Below, piece by piece: positions 15,156-29,241 of a stretch of 64,000 bases of DNA. The position numbers and the translations under genes were made by a program. The notes beneath the pieces are model-generated. The model ran no database searches. It had not been told where the DNA came from and saw only the letters and a list, made by a program, of their open reading frames with translations. How positions within the stretch are numbered: the stretch's first letter is position 1; every line of letters begins with the position of its first letter. The DNA is taken from positions 22,939 through 86,938 of the forward strand of contig CACECK010000001.1 in assembly GCA_902557965.1 (NCBI GenBank), read 5' to 3'. This DNA is from an uncultured SAR86 cluster bacterium. Its GTDB lineage: Bacteria > Pseudomonadota > Gammaproteobacteria > Magnimaribacterales > D2472.

Positions 15156-16982
15156 TTATTCCACAGTGACTGATTTAGCTAAATTTCTTGGCTGATCAAT
15201 ATCAGTGCCTCTAAGAAGAGCTACCTCATATGAAAGAATTTGAAGGGGTATCGTATAAATTATTGGCGTTAGTAGAAAGTCGCATTTTGGCATATTTATC
15301 AGTTTTCCTGATTTAAGATCCATGGATATTGATGGATCTGAAAAGACATATAGAGTTCCACCTCTGGCTTTTACTTCCTCTAAATTTGAAACAAGTTTTT
15401 CAGCTATCTCACTTTCTGGAGCTAATGCTATTACAGGCATATTCTCATCTATTAATGCCAGTGGACCATGTTTTAATTCTCCAGCTGGATATGCTTCAGC
15501 ATGAATATAGGAAATCTCTTTCAGCTTTAATGCCCCCTCTTTTGCAATTGGATAAAAAATACCCCTTCCAAGGAATAAAGCATTATCTTTGTTAGCTATT
15601 TCTGGTGCTATTTCCAGTATCGTATCTTTAATTTTTAGAGTTTCTTCAATAGTATCTGGCAATGATCTCATTGCGGTTATAACTCTTGTTCTTAGTTTGG
15701 GGTTCATGTTTCTACTTTTTGCAAGAGATAAAGCTAGAAGCATTAGTGCAGCTAATTGCGTTGTGAATGCCTTTGTAGAAGCAACACCGATTTCAGGACC
15801 AGCATTCGTGAAAATTGAATAGTCTGATTCTCTTGCCAGTGAACTGGTAGGCACATTACAGATTGTTAAAGTTGATAAGTAATTTTTTTCTTTTGCGTAT
15901 CTTAATGCTGCAAGAGTGTCAGCTGTTTCACCTGATTGAGAAATGGTTATTAGCAAGGAGTCTTCATCGACATGAGGGTTTCTATAGCGATATTCAGACG
16001 CATAATCTATTTGAGTCGGTAGTTCTGAGATAGAAGAAAACCAATTTGCGGCAACTCTGCCTGCGTGCAAACTTGTTCCACAGGCTACGACTTGGATCCT
16101 TTTTACATTCTTAAAAATATCAGAAGAGCCAAGGCCAAAAATATTATCTAGTACATCGTCACCCCCGACCCTGCCATCAATAGTATTTAATATTGCTTGC
16201 GGCTGTTCATAAATTTCTTTCTCCATGAAATGCTTAAATTTACCTTTTGAGATTGCCTGGTCAGATATGTCTATCTTAGTGATCTCTCTTGAAGCTTCTT
16301 TTTTATTGCTGTCGTAAATAGTAAAGCCCTCTGCAGAAATTTGTGCAACATCACCATCTTCAAGAAAAATAAACTCATTGGTTAGCTGTCCAATTGCTAA
16401 AGGGTCTGATGCGGCAAGAAACTCATCTGTTCCAATCCCAATCAACAGCGGTGATTTATTTCTTGCAAGTACAATATTTGAATTGTCCTCTTTATCGACT
16501 ACTGCAATGGCATATGCGCCATCAAGTTTTTCTTTTGTGAGGTACATGGAATCAATTATTGAGTTACCTTTGCTAAGAAAAAAATCTAACATGTGAGCTA
16601 TTAGCTCAGAGTCTGTCTGGGATGTAAAAGAGTAGCCTTCAGTCTTCAAATAATCTTTAAGCTCTATATAGTTTTCAATAATTCCATTGTGAACGATATA
16701 AACCCTGTCTTTTGATTGGTGTGGGTGGGCATTTTCTTCAGACGGTTCCCCATGAGTTGCCCATCTAGTGTGAGCTATGCCGAGCTTACTTTTTGGCTTC
16801 TCTTGAATCATCTTATCCTCAAGTAACTTTACTTTTCCTAAAGTTCTGAGATGGGCTATCTGTTTATTTTGATGAAGCGCTATACCCGCAGAGTCGTATC
16901 CTCGATACTCCATTTTATGAAGTCCTTGAACAAGAAGCTTTCCAACATTTCTATTTGAAGCAGCAGCTATAATTCCACACAT
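15156..16982 (-). CDS. glmS: glutamine--fructose-6-phosphate aminotransferase
   Basis: 608 aa. N-terminal MCGI (catalytic Cys2), SIS domains, C-terminal AKSVTVE. Confidence 0.97.
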   Translation of the reverse strand: MCGIIAAASNRNVGKLLVQGLHKMEYRGYDSAGIALHQNKQIAHLRTLGKVKLLEDKMIQEKPKSKLGIAHTRWATHGEPSEENAHPHQSKDRVYIVHNGIIENYIELKDYLKTEGYSFTSQTDSELIAHMLDFFLSKGNSIIDSMYLTKEKLDGAYAIAVVDKEDNSNIVLARNKSPLLIGIGTDEFLAASDPLAIGQLTNEFIFLEDGDVAQISAEGFTIYDSNKKEASREITKIDISDQAISKGKFKHFMEKEIYEQPQAILNTIDGRVGGDDVLDNIFGLGSSDIFKNVKRIQVVACGTSLHAGRVAANWFSSISELPTQIDYASEYRYRNPHVDEDSLLITISQSGETADTLAALRYAKEKNYLSTLTICNVPTSSLARESDYSIFTNAGPEIGVASTKAFTTQLAALMLLALSLAKSRNMNPKLRTRVITAMRSLPDTIEETLKIKDTILEIAPEIANKDNALFLGRGIFYPIAKEGALKLKEISYIHAEAYPAGELKHGPLALIDENMPVIALAPESEIAEKLVSNLEEVKARGGTLYVFSDPSISMDLKSGKLINMPKCDFLLTPIIYTIPLQILSYEVALLRGTDIDQPRNLAKSVTVE

Positions 16983-16987
16983 ATTCT

Positions 16988-18343
16988 TTAATCCTTCTTT
17001 TTAGACCAGTTTTCTTTATTGCTTTGCTTGGCTCTTCCAAGGCCCAAGGCATTATCTGGAACATCTTTTGTGATTACTGATCCAGCTGCAACAGTTACAT
17101 TTGAGCCAATGGTTACTGGGGCAACAAGTGCAGAGTTGCTACCTATGAAGCTTTCATTCCCAATAGCAGTTTTATGCTTATCTTTTCCGTCATAATTGCA
17201 AGTAATAGTGCCTGCTCCAACATTAGTATTTTTGCCAATATTAGTATCACCTAAGTAAGTTAAGTGATTAGCTTTTGACCCCTCGCCAAGAACAATATTT
17301 TTTGTTTCAACAAAGTTGCCAACTTTTGCAGCTGCTTCTATTTGGCTACCCTCTCTTAATCTTGCATAAGGACCAACAACACATCCCTCGCCAACTTTTG
17401 CACCATCAATATGACAGAAGGCATCGATTTTTGAATTGCTTTCTATAGAGGTATTTTTGATAACACAATTTGGTCCGATTGAAACATTATCTCCAAGTTC
17501 AACATTTCCTTCTAAAATTACATTCACATCAATTGAGCAATCTTTTCCAGAAGTAACCTCTCCTCTAACATCAAGTCTAGATGGGTCTGAAACAGTAATT
17601 CCCATATCTAATATATCTTGAGCCTTCATTTCTCTAAAAATTCCCTCCAGTTCAGCAAGTTCTCTATGAGAGTTTGCCCCCTTCACTTCGTCATTTGAAG
17701 CTACATATGTGTTTATTTTAATACCTTTGTTACTCATTATAGAAACTATATCGGTTAAGTAAAATTCTCCAGCCGCATTATCATCTTTAATTTCTAACAA
17801 ACCTTCTTTTAAAAAATCTGTTCGTGCGCAAAGAACACCTGTAAATATTTCATTAATATTTTTTTCATCTTCAGTTGCGTCTTTTTCTTCAATGATTGCT
17901 ATTGCGTTTCCATCTTTGTCTTTACTTACTCTGCCATATCCAAATGGCTTGTCTAAAACAGTCGTTAATATTGATATACCATTATTAGAACTATCGATCA
18001 GCTCTTTAAGCGTATTTTCTTTAATAAGAGGTACATCTCCATATAAAACAAGTACTTTATCTGCTTCTGTTACTTCATCGATACCACATTTAACAGCATC
18101 ACCAGTTCCCTTTGGTTTTGGCTGTTCGCATGAAGTAATATCAAGGTTGAAATTCTTGGATTTGTCTAAAATTGATTCTTTGTCAAAACCAACAATGAGC
18201 GTTATTTTCTTGCTTATCTTGCCAGCCGTTTGGCAAATCATCTCAAGCATAGTCTTCCCGCCAATCCTTTGCAGGGACTTTGCTTTGTTTGATTTCATTC
18301 TAGAGCCCTCTCCTGCTGCTAGAACTATGGTGTGTACGTTCAC
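16988..18343 (-). CDS. glmU: bifunctional UDP-N-acetylglucosamine diphosphorylase / glucosamine-1-phosphate N-acetyltransferase
   Basis: 451 aa. LAAGEGSRMKS nucleotidyltransferase motif and a C-terminal left-handed beta-helix hexapeptide region. Confidence 0.97.
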   Translation of the reverse strand: MNVHTIVLAAGEGSRMKSNKAKSLQRIGGKTMLEMICQTAGKISKKITLIVGFDKESILDKSKNFNLDITSCEQPKPKGTGDAVKCGIDEVTEADKVLVLYGDVPLIKENTLKELIDSSNNGISILTTVLDKPFGYGRVSKDKDGNAIAIIEEKDATEDEKNINEIFTGVLCARTDFLKEGLLEIKDDNAAGEFYLTDIVSIMSNKGIKINTYVASNDEVKGANSHRELAELEGIFREMKAQDILDMGITVSDPSRLDVRGEVTSGKDCSIDVNVILEGNVELGDNVSIGPNCVIKNTSIESNSKIDAFCHIDGAKVGEGCVVGPYARLREGSQIEAAAKVGNFVETKNIVLGEGSKANHLTYLGDTNIGKNTNVGAGTITCNYDGKDKHKTAIGNESFIGSNSALVAPVTIGSNVTVAAGSVITKDVPDNALGLGRAKQSNKENWSKKKD

Positions 18344-18369
18344 TATTTATTTAAGGTTAAATAGATACC

Positions 18370-18783
18370 TTACTGTTTTTTGCGAAGTTTTTGAATAGTT
18401 TTCAACCTGGCAACAGCTTCAGCAAGCTGCGCTGATGCTTTGGCATAGTCAATAGAAGTATCTTTATTTGAAAGTTCTTTCTCAGCGATCTCTTTTGCTT
18501 TAATAGCCTCAGACTCATCAAGACTCTCAGCTCTTTCTGCTGTATCTGACAAAACAGTGACTAGGTCTGGTTGAACTTCTAAGAATCCTCCCGAACAGAA
18601 AAAAGCCTCTTCTTCGTTGCCGTTTTGAACTCTAACTGGCCCAGGAGCTAATCCAGTTAGTAGCGGGGTGTGTCCAGGTGCAATACCGAGTTCACCCAAG
18701 GTTCCAGTGGCAAAGACCATGGTTGCTTCTCCAGAGTAGATTTCTTCACTGGAAGACACTATGTTAATTTTAATAGTACTCAT
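18370..18783 (-). CDS. atpC: F0F1 ATP synthase subunit epsilon
   Basis: 137 aa. Position after atpD and typical epsilon sequence. Confidence 0.95.
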   Translation of the reverse strand: MSTIKINIVSSSEEIYSGEATMVFATGTLGELGIAPGHTPLLTGLAPGPVRVQNGNEEEAFFCSGGFLEVQPDLVTVLSDTAERAESLDESEAIKAKEIAEKELSNKDTSIDYAKASAQLAEAVARLKTIQKLRKKQ

Positions 18784-18785
18784 TT

Positions 18786-21057
<2,272 letters not shown>

Positions 21058-21066
21058 TATTCTTAA

Positions 21067-22611
21067 TTAAAAAGTTTGTGTCTTCTTAAAGTCTTCAACA
21101 AGAGATTTGAACTGAGCTTCAATGTCATCGTTCCAGTCGCCTGTAGAATTAATTTGTTCCTCAAGATCACCTTTTTCAGAAGTTAAATACCCATGCAGTG
21201 CTTTTTCAAAATCAAGAATCTTTTCAACTTCAACGTCAGCCATGTATCCTCTGTCAGCAGCAAACAAGCTTATCGCCTGCTGCGCTACACTCATTGGTGC
21301 ATATTGCTTTTGTTTTAAAAGCTCAGTAAAAGCTTTACCACTTGCCAGCTGTTGTTTTGTAGCATCATCTAGGTCGGATGCAAACTGTGAAAAGGCAGCT
21401 AACTCTCGATACTGAGCTAATGCTGTTCTTACTCCACCTGCTAATTTTTTCATTATTTTTGTCTGAGCTGAGCCACCAACTCTGGATACAGATAGTCCTG
21501 GGTTGATAGCAGGCCTTACGCCTGAATTAAATAACTCAGTTTCTAAATATATTTGACCGTCTGTGATTGATATTACATTGGTTGGAACAAAGGCTGATAC
21601 ATCACCAGCAAGTGTTTCAATAATCGGCAATGCAGTAAGTGAGCCAGTCTTTCCTTTTACTTTTCCGCCAGTAACCTGTTCTACGTAATCAGCATTTACT
21701 CTAGCCGCTCTCTCTAATAGCCTTGAGTGAAGGTAAAAAACATCACCAGGATAAGCCTCTCTTCCTGGAGGCCTTTTTAACAAAAGCGATACCTGTCTAT
21801 ATGCGACCGCTTGTTTTGAAAGATCATCATATACGATTAGCGCGTCTTCACCTTTATCTCTAAAGTATTCGCCCATAGTACATCCAGCATAAGCTGATAA
21901 GTATTGCATTGGAGCTGGATCAGCTGCTGTTGCTGAAACAACAATCGTATGTTCCATTGCTCCGTATTCTTCTAATTTTCTGACAACATTTGCTACGGTT
22001 GATTGTTTTTGGCCTATTGCAACATAGATGCATTTAATTCCAGTGCCTTTCTGATTAATTATTGCATCGATGGCTACAGCAGTTTTTCCTGTTTGTCTGT
22101 CACCAATAATAAGCTCTCTTTGACCTCTTCCAATTGGTACCATTGCATCAACAGACTTTAATCCAATTTGAACAGGTTGATCAACTGATTGACGAGCAAT
22201 AACACCAGGTGCAACAACCTCAACAGGTGAGGTATGCTCAGCACTTATTTCACCCTTTCCATCTATTGGGGTTCCTAAAGTGTTAACCACTCTTCCCAGC
22301 AAAGCCTCGCCAACAGGAACTTCTAGAACTTTGCCAGTACATACTGCTTTCTGGCCTTCAATTATTTCGAGGTAATCTCCAAGTACAACAGCACCAACAG
22401 AGTCCTGCTCAAGATTAAGAGCCATTCCTTTTGTGCCGTTTTCAAATTCGATAACCTCACCATACATAACATCTCCCATGCCATGAATTCTTACAATACC
22501 GTCAGATACACTAACGACAATGCCTTCGTTTTTTCTTTCCGCGGATAGATCTAAACCAGCAATCTTTTCTTTTAATACGCTGGAAATTTCTGATGGATTT
22601 AATTGGCTCAT
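21067..22611 (-). CDS. atpA: F0F1 ATP synthase subunit alpha
   Basis: 514 aa. GDRQTGKT Walker A. Confidence 0.97.
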   Translation of the reverse strand: MSQLNPSEISSVLKEKIAGLDLSAERKNEGIVVSVSDGIVRIHGMGDVMYGEVIEFENGTKGMALNLEQDSVGAVVLGDYLEIIEGQKAVCTGKVLEVPVGEALLGRVVNTLGTPIDGKGEISAEHTSPVEVVAPGVIARQSVDQPVQIGLKSVDAMVPIGRGQRELIIGDRQTGKTAVAIDAIINQKGTGIKCIYVAIGQKQSTVANVVRKLEEYGAMEHTIVVSATAADPAPMQYLSAYAGCTMGEYFRDKGEDALIVYDDLSKQAVAYRQVSLLLKRPPGREAYPGDVFYLHSRLLERAARVNADYVEQVTGGKVKGKTGSLTALPIIETLAGDVSAFVPTNVISITDGQIYLETELFNSGVRPAINPGLSVSRVGGSAQTKIMKKLAGGVRTALAQYRELAAFSQFASDLDDATKQQLASGKAFTELLKQKQYAPMSVAQQAISLFAADRGYMADVEVEKILDFEKALHGYLTSEKGDLEEQINSTGDWNDDIEAQFKSLVEDFKKTQTF

Positions 22612-22620
22612 ATTTTCACC

Positions 22621-23157
22621 TTAAAAATTTAATTGGTTTACAAGTTTTTTAACCTTTCCTCTTATGGAGAGATCAAGTGTTTCATCTCCTATCTTTATTG
22701 ATAGACCGCCCATCATTGATGGGTCTTTTGAAAAAAATATATTGGCGTCTTTGCCGTAAGTTGATTTTAGTTTTTGTTCTATATTGTCCTTGGCTTCTTT
22801 TCCAGGCTCTGCAGCAACAAAAACCTCTACTGACTTTTGTTCTTTGTGATGCTCTAATAGCTCTTGATAGATTGAATAGATGGTTTCAAGAAGATTTAAG
22901 CGTTTATTTTCAGCTAATATTTCTATAAGTTTTTTCGAGGTATCAGAAACGCTTGCCTCAAAAAGATTTGACAGAATGCTAATAACATCTTGCCTAGACA
23001 AAACAGGATTTTCTATTGTATTGATAACTTCCTCAGTTTTAGATGCCATTGCCATTATTTTTAAATCAACCGCCATTTCATCAATAGTATTTGACTCAAC
23101 AGCAGCAGAAAACAATGCTTTAGCATATGGTCTGGCTAGAGGAGTTAATTCAATCAT
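22621..23157 (-). CDS. atpH: F0F1 ATP synthase subunit delta
   Basis: 178 aa. ARPYAKALF N-terminus and operon position. Confidence 0.93.
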   Translation of the reverse strand: MIELTPLARPYAKALFSAAVESNTIDEMAVDLKIMAMASKTEEVINTIENPVLSRQDVISILSNLFEASVSDTSKKLIEILAENKRLNLLETIYSIYQELLEHHKEQKSVEVFVAAEPGKEAKDNIEQKLKSTYGKDANIFFSKDPSMMGGLSIKIGDETLDLSIRGKVKKLVNQLNF

Positions 23158-23160
23158 TAT

Positions 23161-23631
23161 TTATAATTCCTCAGCTGCTTTTTTGAGAATGTCTTCATGT
23201 TTCTCTTTTGAGATCTCATCGCCTAAGATTTTTTGAGTTGTATCAATAATAATGTCAGACATTTGTTGTCTTAACTCTTCTTTGGCTTTGTTGGTTTCAT
23301 TTTCAATAGTTGTTGCTGCAGAAGTTAATATCTTTTCTGCTTCTGCCTCTGCCTTAGATGAGGCATCTGTAACAATTTGAGATGCCCTTGCATTTGCTTT
23401 TTCTAAAATTTCAGCTGCTTCTGCTTTAGCCTGATTAAGCTCTTTATCAAAAGCTAGCTTTGCTTCTTCAAGAGAGTCATCAGCCTTCTTTGCAGCCTCG
23501 AGACCGTCTGAAATTCTTTTCTCTCTTTCTTTCATCATGGAGAGAATAGGTGGGTATACGTACTTCCAACATATTGCCACAAACACAATCATTACAACTG
23601 CTTGGGCAAGTAAGGTTGCGTTAATATTCAT
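23161..23631 (-). CDS. atpF: F0F1 ATP synthase subunit b
   Basis: 156 aa. One N-terminal TM then a long charged helix. Operon position. Confidence 0.93.
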   Translation of the reverse strand: MNINATLLAQAVVMIVFVAICWKYVYPPILSMMKEREKRISDGLEAAKKADDSLEEAKLAFDKELNQAKAEAAEILEKANARASQIVTDASSKAEAEAEKILTSAATTIENETNKAKEELRQQMSDIIIDTTQKILGDEISKEKHEDILKKAAEEL

Positions 23632-23652
23632 ATCTTAATAATTGTGTTTAAT

Positions 23653-23886
<234 letters not shown>

Positions 23887-23899
23887 CTATAAGTGAGGA

Positions 23900-24790
<891 letters not shown>

Positions 24791-25123
24791 TTATAGTTGG
24801 GCCTCTTTTTTTGACATCGGATTAGATGGATTCACAGATAGGTTAAAAATAACAAACATAGCTAAAGAATATAAGAAAACTTCTGGTAAATAAATGCCAG
24901 ATAGCATTAAAAAGGCTACAAACACAGACCATTTAGCTACCCAAATGTATCCAATCTTGATTACGTAGTCCTTAATTTTGCTTCCAATTAAATACACACA
25001 CAAGATAGTAGCCATATAACCTGCTGCCAACAGAGAAAAATATATATCTGCAACAGTTCCAGCTATGAAAACAAACGTGTTTAAAAAAAAGATTGGTTTA
25101 AATTTTTGAATGGTGTTTTTCAC
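24791..25123 (-). CDS. atpI: ATP synthase protein I-like small membrane protein
   Basis: 110 aa and hydrophobic, directly upstream of atpB. Assigned by position. Confidence 0.55.
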   Translation of the reverse strand: MKNTIQKFKPIFFLNTFVFIAGTVADIYFSLLAAGYMATILCVYLIGSKIKDYVIKIGYIWVAKWSVFVAFLMLSGIYLPEVFLYSLAMFVIFNLSVNPSNPMSKKEAQL

Positions 25124-25206
25124 ACTGCCGGCTATAGGGTTAATTAATTATAAGTTCTGGCGGGAATTATAGAAATATATCTATTTATTAACAAGGTGTT
25201 TGTTGT

Positions 25207-26046
25207 TTATTTTTTTAGCTTCTGGATTATGGAATCTAACTCATCTAACGTTTTGTAGAAAATGGACACTTTGCCTGCTTTTTTATTTTTTGTATCTATT
25301 TCTATTTTATGTCCAAAGCTTTCAGACATATCTCTTTCAACATTCAAAATGTCTGTATCTTTGGTGTTTTGTTTAATGTTTTTGCTGGTAGCTCTTTTTG
25401 AGGTTATTCCGCTTAAATCTTTTATTGACAATTTGTTCTTAACAATTCTTTTTGCTGTTTCCTCTGCTTCTTTTTTTTCCATTGATACTAAAAGTTTTGC
25501 GTGACCTTTTTCTATTTCCCCTTTTGAGAGCATTTCTAGAACTGGATTTGGAAGAGATAGTATTCTTAAAGAGTTTGCTATTGTGCTTCTTGCTTTTCCT
25601 GTTGATGTTGCTACCTCATCTTGTGTTAAGCCAAACTCTCTCTTGAGCCTGTCCAAACCCCTTGCTTCCTCAACAGGATTAAGGTCTTCTCTTTGCAGGT
25701 TTTCTATTAAAGCTGAAACAAGCGCATCTTGATCTTGTTTTTGATCAACTAGACATGGTATTGAAGTTAATCCAGCTTTTTTAGACGCCCTCAATCTTCT
25801 TTCTCCGGCTATCACCTCGAACTCATTTAGTCCAAGCTCTCTAACCAGAATTGGGGAAAGAACTCCCTGGTTTTTTATGGAATTTGTAAGCTCCTCAAGC
25901 TTTCCATCATCAAAATTTGACCTTGGTTGAAATCTTCCTGGCTTAATTTTCTCTAACTCTATTTCTTTTACTGTTCTTTGGTTGGGTGTTGTTTGGCCTA
26001 GAAGCGCATCAAGGCCTTTGTTTAGTATTTTTTTTTCTTCAGACAT
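25207..26046 (-). CDS. parB: ParB/Spo0J chromosome partitioning protein
   Basis: 279 aa. GERRLRA (ParB box) and an HTH segment. Confidence 0.95.
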   Translation of the reverse strand: MSEEKKILNKGLDALLGQTTPNQRTVKEIELEKIKPGRFQPRSNFDDGKLEELTNSIKNQGVLSPILVRELGLNEFEVIAGERRLRASKKAGLTSIPCLVDQKQDQDALVSALIENLQREDLNPVEEARGLDRLKREFGLTQDEVATSTGKARSTIANSLRILSLPNPVLEMLSKGEIEKGHAKLLVSMEKKEAEETAKRIVKNKLSIKDLSGITSKRATSKNIKQNTKDTDILNVERDMSESFGHKIEIDTKNKKAGKVSIFYKTLDELDSIIQKLKK

Positions 26047-26800
26047 ATTCGATCCTTCTAATAAGCTCTCCAGCCAGGGCTAAATATGCTTTGGCGCCAT
26101 ATGAATTCGGCATATATTTTATACCTGAAACACCATGACTTGGGGCCTCTGCAAGCTTTACGTTTCTTGGGATTAATGTATTGAAGACTAGCGACGGGAA
26201 GTGTTTCTCAAGCTCCTCTGAGACTTCTTTGGCTAAATTGTTTCTCATGTCAACCATTGTTCTAACAATACCCAAAACTCTATTCGTTGTCATGCTTTTA
26301 TTCGATAGTGTTTCAATTGTACTCATAAGTCCTGTTACTCCCTCAAGCGAGTAATACTCGCACTGCAGCGGTATGAGTGTTCCAGACGCACAAAAAAGAC
26401 CCTCTATGGTAAGTTGGTTTAGGGTTGGAGGGGTATCAATTATTGTATAGTCATACAAGTCGCCAAGTTCTTTTATGCTTGAGGATAAAAAACCTTGGTT
26501 GCCGTCGTTCCTAATAGCAACCTCTAGTGCGATTAGCTCTTCTCCACCAGGTATTACATCGTATAAGTCTGAGGTTTTTTGAATGCATTCTTTTATTGGT
26601 GTTTTTTCGAAATAATGAGAATAAAGAGTTTGTATTGTTTCAACTGGAACTCCTGTTGCTGTGGTCGCGTTACCTTGTGGATCAAGATCAATAAGAAGGG
26701 TCCTTCTTTTGGTTGCTGCTAGTGATGCAGCAAGATTAATTGCTGTGGTTGTTTTGCCCACCCCTCCTTTTTGGTTTGCAATTGCGATTACCTTATTCAT
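26039..26800 (-). CDS. parA: ParA/Soj chromosome partitioning ATPase
   Basis: 253 aa. Deviant Walker A NQKGGVGKTTT. Confidence 0.95.
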   Translation of the reverse strand: MNKVIAIANQKGGVGKTTTAINLAASLAATKRRTLLIDLDPQGNATTATGVPVETIQTLYSHYFEKTPIKECIQKTSDLYDVIPGGEELIALEVAIRNDGNQGFLSSSIKELGDLYDYTIIDTPPTLNQLTIEGLFCASGTLIPLQCEYYSLEGVTGLMSTIETLSNKSMTTNRVLGIVRTMVDMRNNLAKEVSEELEKHFPSLVFNTLIPRNVKLAEAPSHGVSGIKYMPNSYGAKAYLALAGELIRRIEYV

Positions 26801-27413
26801 TTTGATTTATCTTTACTAGGTGTCTTTCTGCTTTTTTATTGTCTAGTTTGATTATTTCATATGTTAGTTGTTTTGTATTTAATACTTCTAGCTCTTCTTT
26901 TAGTTTTTTTATAGTTCCTTTGAGCAACAGATATTTTGTTGAGGGTTTGGTGTTGTTTTTTGTAATGTTTATTATTTTTTCCGTGTTTGCAAAAGCTCTT
27001 GCGGTAATAATATCGTACTTCCCAATATTGTTGTTTTTACTTATGGTTGAGTTAATTATAAAAACGTTTTTAAGTGATAGTTCGTGAGCTGTTTTTTTTA
27101 AGAAATAACACTTTTTGCTGCTACTTTCGACAAGACAAACCTTGTTATTTGGTTTTAAAATTCCAATCAGGATTCCAGGAAATCCACCACCAGAACCAAG
27201 GTCGAGCACTGATTCTTTGTCTAAAATCTCTGAAGTTAAGGGCAGGCAATCAACAATATCTTTCTCAAAAACCTCTTTGGCGTTCTTTCTTACGAATATG
27301 TTATGTGTTTTGTTAAACTCTAGAGCGAGATCAATAAAGGTTGTTATTTTTTCCTCGTTTTTTTTACTAATATTGGGTGGTGTTATGTTTGTATCAAACA
27401 TTTTCTGATACAA
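26793..27413 (-). CDS. rsmG: 16S rRNA (guanine527-N7)-methyltransferase
   Basis: 206 aa. [14 protein letters not shown] motif. Position between parA and mnmG. Confidence 0.92.
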   Translation of the reverse strand: MYQKMFDTNITPPNISKKNEEKITTFIDLALEFNKTHNIFVRKNAKEVFEKDIVDCLPLTSEILDKESVLDLGSGGGFPGILIGILKPNNKVCLVESSSKKCYFLKKTAHELSLKNVFIINSTISKNNNIGKYDIITARAFANTEKIINITKNNTKPSTKYLLLKGTIKKLKEELEVLNTKQLTYEIIKLDNKKAERHLVKINQNE

Positions 27414-29241
27414 GGTCTCTTTTTTTGATATGTATTAAAATTAGGTTTATTGCTGCTGGGGTTACCCCTTCTATGGAAGAGGCGTCACCTATTGTTCTTG
27501 GTTGTCTGAGTGTAAGTTTTTCACAGACTTCGTTAGACAGGCCGTTTATGTTTTCATAATCTATATTGTTGGGTATTTTTTTATTGTTTTGTTTCTTGGT
27601 TTTGTTTATCTCTCTGATTTGCTTGTTAATATATCCCGCGTATTTGATTTCTGTAATTGCTCTTTGGTAGTGGTGTTTGTTGGTTTTGGTTGTTTTTAAG
27701 AGTTTTTTTTCATCTACGTCGTTTCTTGATAGAAGTTGGAAAATGCTTCTTTTTTCTTCCAGTTTGGTTTTTTTATTTTCTTTATTAATGAATGCTTTTG
27801 TTTTTGTTTTCTTTAGAATTGTTTCTACAAAGTCGGTGTATTCTTTTTCGTTTTTCAAATACCTTTCTTCTGTTTCTTTGCTAATTATTTGAATTTTTCT
27901 AGCCTTTTGAAGCAGTCTTTGTTCTGCATTGTTTTGAGAAAGCAAAAGCCTGTGTTCTGCTCTGCTTGTAAACATTCTATAGGGCTCTGTTATTCCATGG
28001 GATGTTAGGTCGTCTATCATTACGCCGATGTATGCTTCATCTCTTTCTAAAATCATTTCGCTCTTTTTTCTGATAGCGTTACTAGCATTGATTCCAGCCA
28101 TAAGCCCCTGGGCGGCGGCCTCTTCATAGCCGGTGGTTCCGTTTATTTGTCCTGCTAGATACAGGTTTTTAAAATACTTGGTTTCAAGTGTTTTGTGAAG
28201 GGTTCTTGGGTCTACAAAATCATATTCTACCGCATACCCGTATTCAGTTATTTCTGCTTTTTCAAGCCCTTTAATAGAATAAATGAATTGTTCTTGTGCT
28301 TTTTGTGGCAGGCTGGTAGATATCCCGTTTGGGTATACTAGGTCTGTGTCGATACCCTCTGGTTCTATAAAAATTTGGTGGCTTTCTTTGTCCTCAAATT
28401 TTTTAACCTTATCTTCGATTGATGGGCAATATCTTGGTCCTATTCCTTTGATGTCACCAGAATACATTGCTGACAGGTGGGTGTTATCTTTAATAATTTT
28501 ATGTGTTTTTTGGTTTGTTCTTGTTATGAAGCAGGAGACTTGTTTTTGGTGTTTTTTTGGTGGGTTGGCTAAAGACATCCATGGTGTTGGTTTTTCGCCT
28601 GGTTGTTCCTCCATTGTTGTAAGGTCTATGCTTGAAAGTTTAATTCTTGCTGGCGTTCCTGTTTTTAGTCTTCCCATCGGTAAATTCATAGAGTAGAGCC
28701 TTTTTGACAGTGGTATTGAGGAGAGGTCTCCTATTCTGCCCCCTTCTTTAATCTCATTACCTGTATACATCCTCCCATTAAGAAAGGTGCCTGTTGTAAG
28801 AATGACTTTTTTGGCAAGGTATGAGGTTTTGTTTGTTTTAACACCTTTAATAACGTTGTCATTTAAAACAAAATCTACAACTTCTTCGTTAATTATCTCA
28901 ATGTCTGTTTTTTTTAATATTTCTTGTACTGCTTTCCTATAAAGACTTCTGTCACATTGAACTCTTAGAGCTTGGACTGCGTCTCCTTTTCTGGTGTTGA
29001 GGGTTCTATATTGAATTCCTGAGCAATCGGTTGCAATAGCCATCAGTCCTCCCATGGCGTCTATTTCTCTTACTATGTGAGATTTTCCAAGACCCCCTAT
29101 TGCTGGGTTGCAAGACATTTGGCCGATTTTTGATACGTCCATTGTAATTAAAGCGCACTTCAAACCGGAGCGATAAACAGAATAAGCAGCCTCAGACCCA
29201 GCATGCCCACCCCCTATTACAATCACATCGAACTTATACAT
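27394..29241 (-). CDS. mnmG: tRNA uridine 5-carboxymethylaminomethyl modification enzyme MnmG (GidA)
   Basis: 615 aa. [15 protein letters not shown] motif. Confidence 0.96.
   Translation of the reverse strand: MYKFDVIVIGGGHAGSEAAYSVYRSGLKCALITMDVSKIGQMSCNPAIGGLGKSHIVREIDAMGGLMAIATDCSGIQYRTLNTRKGDAVQALRVQCDRSLYRKAVQEILKKTDIEIINEEVVDFVLNDNVIKGVKTNKTSYLAKKVILTTGTFLNGRMYTGNEIKEGGRIGDLSSIPLSKRLYSMNLPMGRLKTGTPARIKLSSIDLTTMEEQPGEKPTPWMSLANPPKKHQKQVSCFITRTNQKTHKIIKDNTHLSAMYSGDIKGIGPRYCPSIEDKVKKFEDKESHQIFIEPEGIDTDLVYPNGISTSLPQKAQEQFIYSIKGLEKAEITEYGYAVEYDFVDPRTLHKTLETKYFKNLYLAGQINGTTGYEEAAAQGLMAGINASNAIRKKSEMILERDEAYIGVMIDDLTSHGITEPYRMFTSRAEHRLLLSQNNAEQRLLQKARKIQIISKETEERYLKNEKEYTDFVETILKKTKTKAFINKENKKTKLEEKRSIFQLLSRNDVDEKKLLKTTKTNKHHYQRAITEIKYAGYINKQIREINKTKKQNNKKIPNNIDYENINGLSNEVCEKLTLRQPRTIGDASSIEGVTPAAINLILIHIKKRDLVSENV

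Noticed and set aside
12045-15175. Considered whether the repeated units downstream of glmS form a CRISPR array or a classical Tn7 insertion at attTn7.
   Set aside because: Spacing is irregular (about 0.2 to 1.4 kb) and the intervals contain ORFs, so it is not a CRISPR array. I found no tnsABCDE-like genes. I also found no TGT...ACA termini with arrays of about 22-bp TnsB-type sites. Tn7 does not duplicate the glmS coding end. A different, unidentified mechanism is needed.
15925-15945. parS-like half site tgtttcacctg inside glmS.
   Set aside because: Only one half matches the consensus, and the second half is not palindromic.
17892-18398. Long plus-strand ORFs antisense to strongly supported minus-strand genes. 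Examples: 17892-18398 over glmU, 28283-28696 over mnmG, 5661-6011 over yeiH, 30153-30533 over mnmE, 39711-40079 over glyQS. The same applies to minus-strand shadows over plus-strand genes, such as 34230-34592 and 38022-38318.
   Set aside because: These are shadow ORFs on the opposite strand of genes with clear family motifs. Their translations are low-complexity (Ser/Phe/Leu-rich) with no recognisable motifs.
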